A stretch of DNA of 64,000 bases, taken from NCBI GenBank assembly GCA_964016885.1, contig OZ024749.1, forward strand, positions 3,782,001 to 3,846,000. Reading direction: 5' to 3'. The notes under the pieces are model-generated. The model saw only the letters and a list, made by a program, of their open reading frames with translations. It was not told the origin of the DNA and did not search any database. A program made the position numbers and the translations under genes. Position 1 is the stretch's first letter, and every line of letters starts with the position of its first letter. Source of the stretch: Eledone cirrhosa (Eukaryota). This document shows positions 34,131 to 47,786 of the stretch, piece after piece.

Positions 34131-35551
34131 TCATTAACCCTTTAATGATGATTTTTTTTTTTTACAATATATCAGCAAGTTCTTCATTATTCTCAAATTC
34201 ATTGTCTCTCATAGAAATATGACAACGAATGTTTTATATACAAGACTATTTCTCAGTCTCGAAGTGATAAATATTTCCCTCAAAACGTCTGGCTTACTCC
34301 CACCAGCAATATTCGCATTGTACAGTGTATTGTGGATTGTATAACCCAGATCAGATATGTTTCATGTCTATTGAGCTTGAAGGCTATCATCAGATTCAGT
34401 GACGTATCATGTATCAGTAATAGAATCTCTATCCAAAGATGTCAATTTTATTTTGAAAATGGTACAAAATCTCAATTTATATATAAATAGGTACGGAATA
34501 AGGGGGCGAAGAAGAAGCTTGTATTTGTATTAAATAGAGTAATTGAGTGAATTAGCTACAATGTCTCAGTTTCACAATGAACCACCCTCTGTGGATATAT
34601 AATCATACATTATCTCAATAATTCTACAAAATAAACAGGAGAGAAATAATTCGTGTGACAGGCAACCGGAACAAAGAAAAGCTGATCAAATGTAAATACA
34701 AACAAACAAACAAACAAAAAAACGTGTTAGCTAAATCTCATACTTTATGGAGCATGCGCGAATCTATATATGCTATATATGCACCCTACACTATATTTTC
34801 ATACACAAAAGCAAAACAATATGAAGCTGAACTAAAAGATATAATTCCATTAAGAAAACACACGCAAAGTAATTTTCATTTTAAATATTTTGTCTCAACT
34901 AAGGAATAATAGCTAATGGGAACATTTCATAGTAATTCAATTTAGACAACATGGATGACGAGAAAGAAATAGTTTAGAGAATGCTATTCTTTCCGCAATG
35001 ACACCCACTTGAGATACACGTTAGGATGTGAATAAACATTACAAGAATTAACTTTTAGAATATTATATTATTTCTGTCGAAAGGAAATATTATTCTGATT
35101 TAATAGAAATCACCAATTAAGAGATAACATGCTTTTATAATGTTCCAGCTATAGTATTATTTTTCTCCCTGTTATAATATTTGTTATGTCATGTAATACA
35201 TTCTTCCTGGTAGCACTTAACACGATGTTTGCAAAGGAGAACCACGTGCAGCTTGTCTGAAGTTGGAAAAGTGTACTTTCAATACAAGACTGCACAAAAA
35301 TGATGTAATTAATACATAACAATGTTTAATTAACGCATTACTATATAAGACAAATGAAGACGAACTTAATTGACATCTGATGAAGTTTGTTTTGTGACCA
35401 TAGTTCTCGAGATCAATTCTAATTCGTGGCATTTCCAGAAAAGGTTAATATAATCTCGTCTCTAGCTAAGATTCGTGAGTGTATTTCAGTAGAGAAATGA
35501 TCAGAATGTAAAACGTGCATCAGACACACTTAATCCGAAATAGATACATAA

Positions 35552-35680
<129 letters not shown>

Positions 35681-35699
35681 TATATATATATATATGATA

Positions 35700-35906
35700 T
35701 GAGAAAAACCACAGACCCTCCATCTCAACTCTACATTTGAAAAGCAGAAGAACTGCGAAACCGGAAAGGAACCAAATAAATATATATATTTAAAAAAAAA
35801 ATAAGACTCCAGTTGCATTTTCGATTTCATCTCTTTTTCTTTATACATTCACTCGTGTAGGACACCTCGGTTATGCTTCAATTTGTAAAAAAAAACTCAC
35901 TTTCTA

Positions 35907-35910
<4 letters not shown>
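35700..35910 (+). mobile_element. PLE-like 3' end repeat, second copy of 22220-22430, with a damaged hammerhead-like motif
   Basis: Near-identical sequence. The motif at 35734-35770 lacks the U of GUA. Ends at (TA)n. Confidence 0.75.
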
Positions 35911-35969
<59 letters not shown>

Positions 35970-36025
35970 TGTAATAAACAACATAAGGCAATTATTCCAT
36001 TTACCAGTGGTTTCTTAAAAGCAAA

Positions 36026-36147
36026 AGATTTTGCTTTCAATCCTCAGAATGAAAAAATCCTGGTCTGTTTATTGAATTTGGTTTTTAAAATCAAAATTCA
36101 ATAAACAGACCAGGATTTTTTCATTCTGAGGATTGAAAGCAAAATCT
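36026..36147. repeat. Perfect 54-bp inverted repeat with 14-nt loop
   Basis: 36026-36079 is the exact reverse complement of 36094-36147. Confidence 0.97.
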
Positions 36148-36369
36148 ATGTAAATGAGGTGATTACTCACATTTGCATATGAATCTGCATAAGTTGGCTC
36201 AACTTATAATAAAAAAGAAATAGGATTTCGCTTCAAGCATAGCTTTCTACAATATGTATAACTACTTCGTATCTCCAAAGAAATACGGTTTTAGGAAGCC
36301 GTAAATATGCAAACACCGGGGTCTAACACCCTCTGGTGATGTCCAGCACAAGCAAGGGGGGCAGCCGCC

Positions 36370-36960
36370 ATGCTAACTTATCGACAAATCCACTGCGAGC
36401 AAGAGCTTCATTGTTATATGTGGAATGGTCGTTGAAAATATGCTCGTTTGTAGATAGACGGGAAAGCCTCAAGGAAACCTTTCTTACCGGGTTCTTGGTT
36501 TTGCTGACAGGATGGTTAGAATGCTTACTTATGTAATTAAGCGTATCATTCGGGTTTCTCTACGTGTAGTGCAAGCCATTCGACAAATTGAAGGTAACGT
36601 CGAGGTAATTAACGACCGCTAGGTTGGCCTCAACCTGTATGGAGAGGTTGAAGCCCTTAAAGAAGGCTGTGTGTTCTTTTCTGAACCTGTCGCATGCACG
36701 TGGGCTGCACTTTGTCATGGTCAAAATATCGTTATCACGGTACAAATCACACCCACGTTGGGGAATTCTTCCTTGATACAGAAAAGAATGAAAAGGCCGA
36801 TAAGATCAGTAACCTTCACCGAATCGCTGGTGCCCATACTCACGTCGAATGGGGTAATATTATATGTTTTAATCCAAATAGATTCGTCGAAATTAATCAC
36901 CGACTTACGGTCATTAAGAATGACATCAACTTCGAAATCCTTAACCATTGTGAGTGTTTT
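36370..36960 (-). pseudogene. Naiad-like PLE reverse transcriptase core fragment
   Basis: FDVSMGTSDSVKVTDLIGLFIL, LYRDND (YRDD motif), NLAVVNYLDVTFNL, YISKHSNHP, YNNEALARSGFVDK. The last motif matches the 27323-28260 copy. Confidence 0.92.
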
Positions 36961-36967
36961 AGCGAAA

Positions 36968-37017
<50 letters not shown>

Positions 37018-37024
<7 letters not shown>

Positions 37025-37100
37025 AAGTTAAATAAAAGTCAAATGATTAAAATTTAGCTTCTAAATTTTAATCATTTGACTTTTATTTAACTTTATTTTA
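37018..37100. repeat. Perfect 40-bp hairpin with 3-nt loop
   Basis: 37018-37057 is the exact reverse complement of 37061-37100, loop ctt. Confidence 0.97.
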
Positions 37101-37195
37101 CACTACTGCGGAGTAATCAAACCAACCTGCGCACTTCGTCGAGTGCTCCAGCCTGCATACTGAGGTGTTGGTATACAACCAACATAAACTCAAAA

Positions 37196-37264
<69 letters not shown>

Positions 37265-37398
37265 AACACAGATATGTTGGTATTTGTGTTTCATCATATA
37301 TATTAATTCATATTTACTTGTATTATACGGCTCAGAAATATTTCTTTCCTTGAGCTATTTCATTGTAAAGGAATGCTTGAGTTTTGAACTCAATACAC

Positions 37399-37460
<62 letters not shown>

Positions 37461-37809
37461 TATATTGTTATACTTTGGGAGGGTCATGCTACCAATAAAA
37501 ACACACGCACCTGAAATGATTCAGGATACCAATGCTTGAGCACAGCCTTCGAGGTCCTTAATCTTTTCATATTACCCACACTACTACCCCAAGTATCGAA
37601 TACTCTAGTGGGTTACGGTCCACTTTGTTATTTTACAACACACTATCTGATATATACATATATGACAAAGAGGGTAGGGTATGATTTCAGTTTGACCATA
37701 ACGCACCAGTGTACTTAGGGTAGTAGATTCGGTAATATGAAAAGAGCTAAGTGTTATTTTGCCTCTAGTATACAATGACGTCGGGCCTTATAGTATCATT
37801 ATTATAACT

Positions 37810-38345
37810 CTTGTGGTTGGATGCATATCAGTTATTCTTTAATATTTTAGAATTATGTCTTGAAATAATTTTAGGAATGTTGGAAGTAGTGGAATATCAG
37901 AATTTAATAGTATGCTTATTGAATATCTTGCTATATATATGTGAAGGAGGAAAGCTGTTATATAAAGCCCTAAAAAATAATTTAGGGATATTATTAATAA
38001 CGGAAAGTGAGAAGGGAGCGTTGTACCCAAGGATATTTTTTATATCTAGGGCTCTTCCTTGTGTTAGTGGTATCATTATTACTAGTTACATTACTAGAGT
38101 TACAATAGGCTCTGCCAAGATTAATTTCCTTAGTATACCTAATTGTGTCTAGATATCCAGCCCTAGATAGCGCATTCTTATAATAATTGGCGTTAGCTTC
38201 GAAGATATCTTTGTTAGAGGATAAACTAGAAATTCTTTTTCCCACTCTTCTGCAGTTTTAACATTATTAGGGTGATTAGATTTAAAGTTAACATAATTTA
38301 AGTTCTCATTATCCTTATGATATGGGTAATATAGGCCGGTATTTT
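37810..38345 (-). pseudogene. Naiad-like PLE thumb/linker fragment
   Basis: YYPYHKDNENLNYVNFKSNHP, KRISSLSSNKDIF..YYKNALSRAGY, FPPSHIYSKIFNKHTIK. A PLE-type tail follows at 37650-37750. Confidence 0.88.
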
Positions 38346-38577
38346 TTATACACATATATTTTTTTACACATATTTTTTACACATATTTCATTATATTCTA
38401 CAACGTATTAATTCAGTTTTCTCAGCATAATTTAAGCCTTTGACCTTTTTTCGATAGCCTTAAATTTTCGTTCAAACCTTCGTAGATTTTGTAAACAAAC
38501 TATGACGTCAAATGTTTTTCTACGTTTGTAAATCATTCTAACAATTTCCTTTATTTACTTATTGATAAAAAAATAAT

Positions 38578-38710
38578 TGATTCTACTTTTGGCTCAGGGC
38601 CATCAATTACCATGTACATTACTGGTACTTTATTTTATAGACCCCGTAAGGATCAAAGGGAAAGTTAACCTCGGTGGGATTTGAACTCAGACCGCAAAGG
38701 GACGTAACTA
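38578..38710 (-). mobile_element. tRNA-derived SINE family 1, partial
   Basis: actggtactttattttatagaccccgtaagg..gggatttgaactcag. Confidence 0.8.
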
Positions 38711-38926
38711 TTATTGATATGAAATAATAATTAAATAGTATACCCCACATATATAAAATTTTAACAGAAATTTTTTATTTTGACATATATAGACTATTTT
38801 TATTTTTATTTTTTATTGTATTTTATTTTATTTAAAAACCTTTTTTATACTTAATTTAATTTAATTTTATTTTATTTTATTAATACTTCTTAATCCAATG
38901 TTTATTATTTAAACCCAATATAAAAT

Positions 38927-39104
38927 AATTGTTTCTACTTTAGGCACAAGGCCAGCAATTACCCAGTGCATTACTGGTACTTTATTTTATCGACCCCGCA
39001 AGGATGGAAGGCAAAGTCAACCTCGGCGGGATTTGAACTCAGATCGTAAAGGGACGTAACTATGCTGGAAAGCATGGCGTCCGACCCTCTACCTATACTG
39101 CCAA
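38927..39104 (-). mobile_element. tRNA-derived SINE family 1
   Basis: Close reverse complement of 33669-33865. Confidence 0.9.
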
Positions 39105-39667
39105 TAAAATAATATACCCAGTTTGTATATTTTAGACCTCTAATATTTGAACACCTTCTATAATATTCGCACATACAACCTCATCAATTTACTTTTTAGC
39201 CGTTATTTACAGATATTTTCATTTTGACGGCGTACCTGATCAAAATTCTCTCTCTCTATTTCTCTTTCTCTCTCTTTCTTTTTTTTCCTTTTTCATCTAT
39301 TTTATTTCTTTCTCCTTTTTCTCCTTCTTCTTTCCTGTTCTTCAATTTACCTATCTTCTTCTTACTATTATATTTCTGTCATATGTAGGCTGGACACTTT
39401 CTTGTTGACAAGTATTTTTAGGCCTCATATCATGTTACTTATTTTATCTGATAAGAACACAATTTTTGTCACACGATGATGTTGTTTTCGAAATGCGCAT
39501 AATAAAATGTATGGAACTTTTTTTAACCGTATACTCTTTAATATATACTCCAGTTATACCCACTGTCTGATATATGCATAGTTTTATTGTTCTACAATAT
39601 TACTCACCTTCTACATATATATATATATGTATATAAACACACACACACACATACACACACACACATA

Positions 39668-39743
<76 letters not shown>

Positions 39744-39782
39744 TATATATATATATATATAAATATATACATATAAATATGT

Positions 39783-39816
<34 letters not shown>

Positions 39817-39820
<4 letters not shown>

Positions 39821-40040
39821 AAATAACATATTAATGTTTATGCAAATAATCGCTGCTTTCACCCTTAACGGGATCTTCTAAATCTAAAAAAAGTCAATCT
39901 GTGAACGCAGAAGTAAATATTGCAACGTTTTTTTTAAATATTTACTTCTGCGTTCACAGATTGACTTTTTTGTTTCAGAAGATCCCGTAACGGGTGAAAG
40001 CAGCGATTCTTTGCTTAAACTTTAATCTGTTATTTTAATA
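39817..40040. mobile_element. Fold-back pair of the 26320-type PLE 3' end
   Basis: Arms at about 39817-39921 and 39937-40040, each with the hammerhead-like motif. Confidence 0.88.
39972..40020 (+). ncRNA. Hammerhead-like motif with non-canonical CAGAAGA core (best-preserved copy)
   Basis: GUUU-CAGAAGA-uCCCG(uaa)CGGGu-GAAA-GCAG(cgauucu)UUGC-UU-AAAC. All three stems form, with a CUU triplet. Confidence 0.65.
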
Positions 40041-40575
40041 AATATTTGCTCTACGCTTCTTATATATTTGATATCCATATCGAGCCCTCTCTGGATTTTA
40101 GTCTTCAAATTTATTATTATTTTTTTATATATATATATTGTATTAATCTCCAGACTCTAGCTATTGACCAGTTAACTTTCTTGATTTTTTAGTTGATTCT
40201 ATTGACTGAAGAATAGCTTATGTTATTTTTAACCCTTCTGTTGAGAACTCTATTCGATTTGTGATTTGTTTGCATTCTTGCAAAAATATACATAACTGAA
40301 TTCATTCGCCTGATATAGGGGTTGCCTCCCATGCCGATCCCCACGTGGGGTCAGAAATAGTCAGTCCTTGTATTAACATTGAACTAAAACCTGTTGAGAA
40401 AGTGGCTTCCTTGTTCAATCATCTTACCAGAAGCCTAACATTATTTATGTAGGCAGACAGTACTTGATTTAGGATCCGCAGAAACCCAAATACTGGATTT
40501 TACCAACCTTCCAGGGGTCCGGTAAATTTTCAATACCCGAATTACTTGATCGAAATGCAATTCTCGATATTTCAT

Positions 40576-40611
<36 letters not shown>

Positions 40612-40702
40612 ATGCTTTGGGGGGGTTCTGTTGACAATATAATTCAGAAACGAAATATATATATATATTTATATATATATATATATTATATATATATATA
40701 TA

Positions 40703-41893
40703 CTATAAATTATGTCCATAGAATAGAATCATTTGATAATATATATACTCCATTTCTTCTCCCAATTAGCATTATCAAACACACAAAAATCCAATTAAAC
40801 CAGGCTATAAGATTAAAAAGGCACCTATGAATAAATATTAATAATTAAATGACAGCCATCTATTCGCGATGAAGAGCTATAGAATATTTACCCACCATTT
40901 CAATAGCACGCGAAAAATGATTAAATATATCGTCAACCATACACCATTAGGTATAAAATTAAAGTTAGAAGAAAAAATGCATATACACACACCAGGATTA
41001 CGTTTCTACTCCTTGGGGTTTCCCTCGCTTTCGGAAATAACCTATCAAGGATACATTCTCGGGCTGCGAACTCATCAGGAAACAAACTCACTTGGACGAA
41101 CATGTTTCTTAAATAATCCCGGCCTGAAACGAATTCAAAATGGCTAAGAACTTTGACGTGGTAGTGGTCAAGTCAGAAAGAATGTGATTGGTGCCTTACG
41201 ACGAGTGGGCTGGTTGCTAGAAAGCTCAGCCTCATATTGCCTAAATTGCATCTCAACCTTATGGGAGATTATCACATATAAATATTTACATATACACAAA
41301 TTATAGAAATTCATAGATATATATATTTCTGGCAACCATTCACGATGTGACTCAATGATGACTTCATAAATTAAATAATCAGAGCAATATTCTATAAATT
41401 ATGTCCATAGAATCATTTGATAAGATATATACTCCATTCTCTATTCCAATTAGCATAATCAACCACACAAAAAAAAAACAATTAAACCAGGCTATAAGAT
41501 TAAAAGGCACCCAGGAAGAAATAATAGATAAATAAACGCCAGCCATCTATTCGCGATCAACAGCTATAGAATATTTACCCAGCATTTCAATAGCCCGTGT
41601 AAATCGAGTAAATACATCGTCAACCATACACAATTAGGTATAACATAAAACAAAATGCATATACTCATACCAGGATTACGTTTCTACCCTTTAGGGTGTC
41701 GTTCGCTTTCAGAAATATCCTATCAAGGATAAATTCTCGAGCTTCGAACTCATTAGGAAACAAACTCACTTGTACGAATATATTTCTTAAATGATCCCCA
41801 CCAGAAACGAATTCAAAAGGGCCAAGAACTGTGACGGGGAAGCTGTCAAGTCAGAAATAATGTGATTGGTGTCTCACGGCGAGTGGACTGGTT
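40703..41893. repeat. Diverged direct duplication of about 500 bp (40703-41215 and 41393-41893)
   Basis: Both copies start ctataaattatgtccatagaat and end cgagtgg.ctggttg. Confidence 0.9.
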
Positions 41894-41971
41894 GGTATAT
41901 ACACACACACACACACACATACGCACGCACACACACACGCACACGCACACACAAACACACACACACACACA

Positions 41972-42056
<85 letters not shown>

Positions 42057-42306
42057 TTGCTAACACAATTAGCTTAAAGATGCCACGTCTGAGAATATTA
42101 GAAGCAGGAATCATACCACCTGTGAAATAAACTCAAAATTCCATGTGGTAAATCCGACCATTTATTAACATAAATTAAAAGTCGAATGACATATATATAT
42201 GTATAATACACACATCAATTGCATGGGATATGTGAAGAGTGTAAAAACACATAGAATAGGAAGTAACATATTAAATATAAACAAGAACCTTGAATATAAA
42301 CACACC

Positions 42307-42375
<69 letters not shown>

Positions 42376-42429
42376 GCACATACACACACACACACGCATA
42401 TATATATATATATATATATATTAGTAAAA

Positions 42430-44200
42430 AGGAAAAGAAAATGCTGACAAATTTTTCCCCGTGAAAAATAGTTTAATTAGGAATAAGTATAAATTAGTAA
42501 TAAGTATTAGTTAGTATTCAGTTTTAGTTTTAAGTTTTTACCGGTTGCGCATTTCTTATACTTTTCAGAAATAATTTTGAGATAGAGTGCTCGTGACTTT
42601 TGCTCTAATCTAATAAGTTTTGGACATTATTCCTGTTTTATGTGAAAAAAGTGGCTTGCCAGGTATTATGATTTGGTTGGTTGTTGAATGTCATGTGAAT
42701 AAGCACTATAAATTTCACGCCAATTCGTGTTGCAAATGTTCTTGTAGTCAAAACAATTTTGATTGGTCGGTAGAAGTCACGTGAATGTTTAAATTTATTT
42801 TCGCGCGAGCCTGTTTCGCGCCAAATGTAGGTTTGCCGAAGAGTGTCCTTTTCCGCTTGATTGAGTGGCAGTCATGTTGAAAGGTCAACAGTTCAGGTGT
42901 CTATTAAGACAAATATGTGTGTGGGTGTGTGTGTAGCAAGTTCATTGTTGTGATAATAGAAATTAATCGGTCAGTAAGAATGTGTGTGTATGTGTGGGGG
43001 GGGGGGGGGGTTGTATTTTAACATGTTGAAAGATACTTTTCAGCTCGTGTCTTATACGGAGGTGTGTGTGTGTCTGTGTATGTATGTCTGTCCGTTAGTG
43101 TTCGCGTGTGCATGCACGCGCGCGTGCGTGGATATGTGTGTGTGTAGATGGACCAGCATTTTGTGGTATAGGTAAAAATGGCGTACATTATTCAATATTC
43201 TCAGTTATTTGCAAAAGCGATTCTGTCAAAAGAACATCAATAACATCAATAATAAAAGAGGTGAAATGATGTATAGTATTGTCATAACAACAAGGCGTGT
43301 GTGAATCCACATTATACGTACTGCAATGGGAATCCATTAGGCTCAGCCGTATGGGATACTTGTGCACAAATATGTATACACCCATCAAAGTGCAAAACAT
43401 GTGTGCGTGTCGGCACGATTATACATATAAACATCAAAAGGTGTGCGAATTTGTGTATATTCGTGTTGCACCATATAACATGTGTGTTTACGTATGTCAT
43501 TGTGTTTATATGTGGATAGATATGTATATAGGATGTAGGCTGATGTAGGTATGTATGACAACGTGTGTATGTTGTGGGTTCGTCTTAGGAAGAAGTGTTT
43601 AGACGGGGTGCGTATTTGTTAATAAAATGAGATTCCTTGCTGATGCGCTGTTTGAGGGTGGCATTATCTTTACATTTGTATAGGGAAATGATTCTAAAGT
43701 TGGGATAATTTTGGGCGGCAGAGGTATCAATGTGTTCACTCAGTGGCATTTTTCTGTATTCCCGTATTTTGATTTAGGATCTCTGGACAGTCATACGTTG
43801 GCGAAGGCTGTTTTTTGTCTAGCCTATGTATTGTTCTCGACAACCTGAGCTATTTAATACATATATTAGTTTATCTGATGCGCATATGAAATTGTGTTTT
43901 ACTATAAAACGTTGTCCTTGTTCGAAATAGAATTCCGAACCCTCTATTAGATTGGTGCATATGCCACGGTTGGGTCTATCGCATTTATTTTATGTGGGAT
44001 TCGTTGTTGTGGTTGGCAGTACTTTTGCATTTGTTAGGATGTTTTTCATTGACTTAGATTGTCTTTTGCTCTTTATAGTATAGTGTGTTTGAAGGATTTG
44101 GTTAATTCTATGGTCCTTTTTTATACAGGGATGTTCTGGAGGATGGTATCAAAGGCCTCATTGTTGAAGGGGTTTTGTGTAGAGATGTATGGAAGAGCTA
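42430..44200 (-). mobile_element. Neptune-like PLE 3' part: GIY-YIG remnant (43585-44200) plus 3' UTR with a decayed hammerhead (42535-42572)
   Basis: Hand translation: LPYISTQNP..KCDRPNRGICTNL..NFICASDKLIYVLNSSGCREQYIG*TKNSLRQRM..LSEHI..RISKESHFINKYAPRLN. UTR motif CUGAAAA-GUAU(aagaa)AUGC-GCAA-CCGG-UA. Confidence 0.85.
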
Positions 44201-44336
44201 TATATATATATATATGTATATATCATGTATATATAATTTATATATAATATATATATAATGTTTCGTTTCTGAAAGCATAGGTGCGTGTGTTTCTTATTGG
44301 CAACATGACCCTCCCAAAGTATAACAATATATATAA

Positions 44337-44407
<71 letters not shown>

Positions 44408-44784
44408 ACTATATTTGATAATATACTGTATGTTTATTTTAAAACATTTTGAAGACCATTCGCTATTTCAGAGCACTGATACTAATTCCTATTTATATAT
44501 ATATATACAAATTCGCTCTAGATGGCTGAAGACAATAAATGTAACTTGAGTTTTTAATAATAACATTCGATATATAAATATATATATATATGTGTGTGTG
44601 TGTGTATGGGGGGGGGGCATTGGTGAATGTAAAAGGTAAACAGAAATAACAACACAATTGGTACAGTATATGGAAGGGATGTATTAGGTTAACAACAACA
44701 CATCACCTGCTATTTCTTCCTTGCTGCGCCAAGAGTGGACAGCAAATCTGAGTTTCTGTCCACGTATTGACCTGCTGATAGGTT

Positions 44785-44950
44785 CATCTCATGGAGCAAA
44801 AAATGCTGGTCGTCCAAGAAGACATACGTTGAGCAACTTGAGTACAATACTGGATGCACTGCGGAAGAACTGGCAAACGCTATGAGAGACAGAGACGGAT
44901 GGAGGAAACGTGTCGTAGAAAGCCGAGCAAGCTCGACCTGATGATGATGA
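44785..44950 (+). mobile_element. RTE-clade LINE 3' end with (TGA)n tail
   Basis: GRP..KTYVEQLEYNTGCTAEELANAMRDRDGWRKRV followed by tgatgatgatga. Confidence 0.85.
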
Positions 44951-44984
44951 TATATCAAATATATAAGAACCGTAGAGCAAATAT

Positions 44985-45495
44985 TTATTAAAATAACAGA
45001 TTAAAGTTTATGCAAATAATTGCTGCTTTCACCCTTAATGGGATCTTCTGAAACGAACAAAGTCAATCTGTGAACGCAGAAGTAAATATTTCAATAAACG
45101 ATGCAACCAGAGGAAGACAGGAAGACGATACTTTGGTTCGTAGAAACGTTCCCTGGCAAAGAACGGGAAAAAACGAATACGTCATTATTTGGAGCGGTGA
45201 AAAAAAATTACACGCAAAGAAGTATAAAAGAATTCGTAGACTAATATTATATTAGGCGGTTCACAGAGACGTTCTCTGGCAACGAACGGAAAAAACGTGT
45301 TATCTTCGTTTTTTTCCGTTCATTTTCAGGGAACGTTTCCACGAACCAAAGTATCGTCTTCTTGTCTTCCTCCGGTTGCAACATTTTTCCAAATATTCAC
45401 TTCTGCGTTCACAGATTAACTTTGTTAGTTTCATAAGATCCCGTTAAGTGTGAAAACAGCGATTATTTGCTTACATTTGAATATGTTATTTTAAT
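44985..45495. mobile_element. Fold-back pair of the 26320-type PLE 3' end with unequal arms
   Basis: Left arm 44985-45297, right arm 45305-45495 in reverse complement. Each has the hammerhead-like motif. Confidence 0.88.
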
Positions 45496-45506
45496 ATATA
45501 TATATA

Positions 45507-45580
45507 AAGGGTGTCCCGAAAAAAATGTATAAACCCTATAATTAGAATGCTTTTGAAGTGTGTAGACATTTTTCGGAACT

Positions 45581-45611
<31 letters not shown>

Positions 45612-45713
45612 GTGTGTATATATATAAATATAAATATAAAAATTCCGAAAAATGTCTACACACTTCAACAGCATTCTAATTATGTGGCTTATACATTTTA
45701 TCGGGACACCCTT
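45507..45713. mobile_element. Tc1/mariner-like MITE with TIRs of about 75 bp and TA flanks
   Basis: TA-aagggtgtcccga..gtgtgtagacatttttcggaa and ttccgaaaaatgtctacacac..tcgggacaccctt-TA. Confidence 0.75.
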
Positions 45714-47072
45714 TATATATTCATACATACATACACATATACATACTTACATACTTACATACTTACATACATACATACACACAGCATACATACTTACATA
45801 CATACATACACACATAAATACATACATACATACATACATACATACATACATACATACATACATACATACATACATACATACACACATACATACATACATA
45901 CATAAATACATACATACATATATGGACATATATAATCATGTGTACCGTTTCATCCTTCTGCAGTTGATGAAATATGTGCCAATAAAGAACTCATTACCGC
46001 CATTATGTGATATATGTTATGGCTGCTTTAACGCCAATCTCACCATATATAATTGATCACAATGAAACGTTAATTTTAATTACAGCCCTCACCATTATAA
46101 AACACAAGGAAAAATACAGAAAGTTCAATAGTTACTGATAATAAAAGGCAAAACTTAAAAATATATCATAGAAGTAATCTTAATACAACGGTATGTTACT
46201 GATAATAACATTGTTGATGATGAGAGTAAAAGAGAAGTGTATTTATAGCCAGTAGTGAGCACACTATGATTATTTGATAAAACATTATAATTTTTTTAAT
46301 GGATTTTAACACAAAACCATACAATGCATCTTAATATTATCAACACCATCGAAAACATCAACATCATCAACTACGAAAGCATTTACAACAGCAGCAAAAA
46401 AATAAAAAAAACACAATATCAACATCAACATCATCAACAGTAACAACAAAACTAGCATCAACGACAACCGCAACAAAAGAAAGAAACGTGTAGAATATAT
46501 GAAAAATATGGTAATAGTTGTGTTTCTAACCGTCGGCGAAAGTAATAGTTGAATATTCACATCATTAATATAGTTTTCTGTTAATTATTTTCACAAAAAA
46601 GATGGCGTCGAAAATTGCTATTTTATGTGTTAAGAGCGTCATTTAATATGTAAATTAAGCACAATCTCCCCAGTAAAAAAAATTACTATACATAAATTAT
46701 ATGACTTCCCTAACTAATCTTCGATATTAAATAATAATGTTAATAAATTGTAAATAAAGAAAATAACGGTGGTCATCATCTAACATCTCTCGGCTTTGAC
46801 GATACGGATTCATGTTTTCTATAAAATACACCTAAAAGTCCCAACTTAACATGTACGTGAGTATTCCACAGACACGTGTACTCTTTACCTAATACCTTTC
46901 CCAATTTAAACCGGCCCGGCCCTTCAATCTATCTTATTTCTAATTCTTTCTTTTGATGAAGGACTAGCGTATGAAACGTTAAGTCCCTCTTCCTGCTATA
47001 GCAAGCGTTAAACTAATATATTCCATCCGTATACTGTACCGATTATGTAGTTATTTCTGTTTCCCTTTTACA

Positions 47073-47143
<71 letters not shown>

Positions 47144-47753
47144 TCACACACATTCACCAACACACAAACATATCACACAAAACTGGACCACACCATTGGT
47201 TCACACAACTCAGATTAACAATTACCCACTGACACATATGAACCCACACACACACACGCACACAAATACACACATACGCACACACTCACACACACTTACA
47301 TATATATATATATATATATACAGTGTGTCCCAAACAAAATATTGCATGCACATTTCAACAACATTCAACAACAATAATAATTATGTCTATACATTTTGGG
47401 GGTATAACCTGAGTGTGTATATACATATATATATATATATCTAATATATATTTATGAAATGGGTGGTGGTTGAAATTCAGTTGTGCACGGTTAAATGGTT
47501 GTTTATGAACATTTACACACCTATGTAAAAAGTGCCAAGGAAGCAAATAGACGAGGTTTTTCAAATCTCTAACTTGAAAAATGTGGTCCCTGGGGCCCCA
47601 AAACGGTCTATTTATTATCGTGTTCGGTGAGTTATTTCCCCCTGTTCTAATACGTTTTGTCTTATTTACAATTTCATACAAATAAAGCAGTAAATAAAGG
47701 ATTATGAGTTCATGCAATTGACTTATGTTTCGTCACTATATATATATATAAAT

Positions 47754-47786
<33 letters not shown>

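Noticed and set aside
40300-40540. HDV-like ribozyme hint on the minus strand (ccccacgtgggga..tgggaggcaacccc..ggcgaat)
   Set aside because: I could not build consistent P1, P2 and P3 pairings by eye. It would need a family consensus and an HDV covariance search.
41040-41085. CTGATGA on the minus strand of the duplicated repeat
   Set aside because: No GAAA in register, and the motif is not conserved in the second copy.
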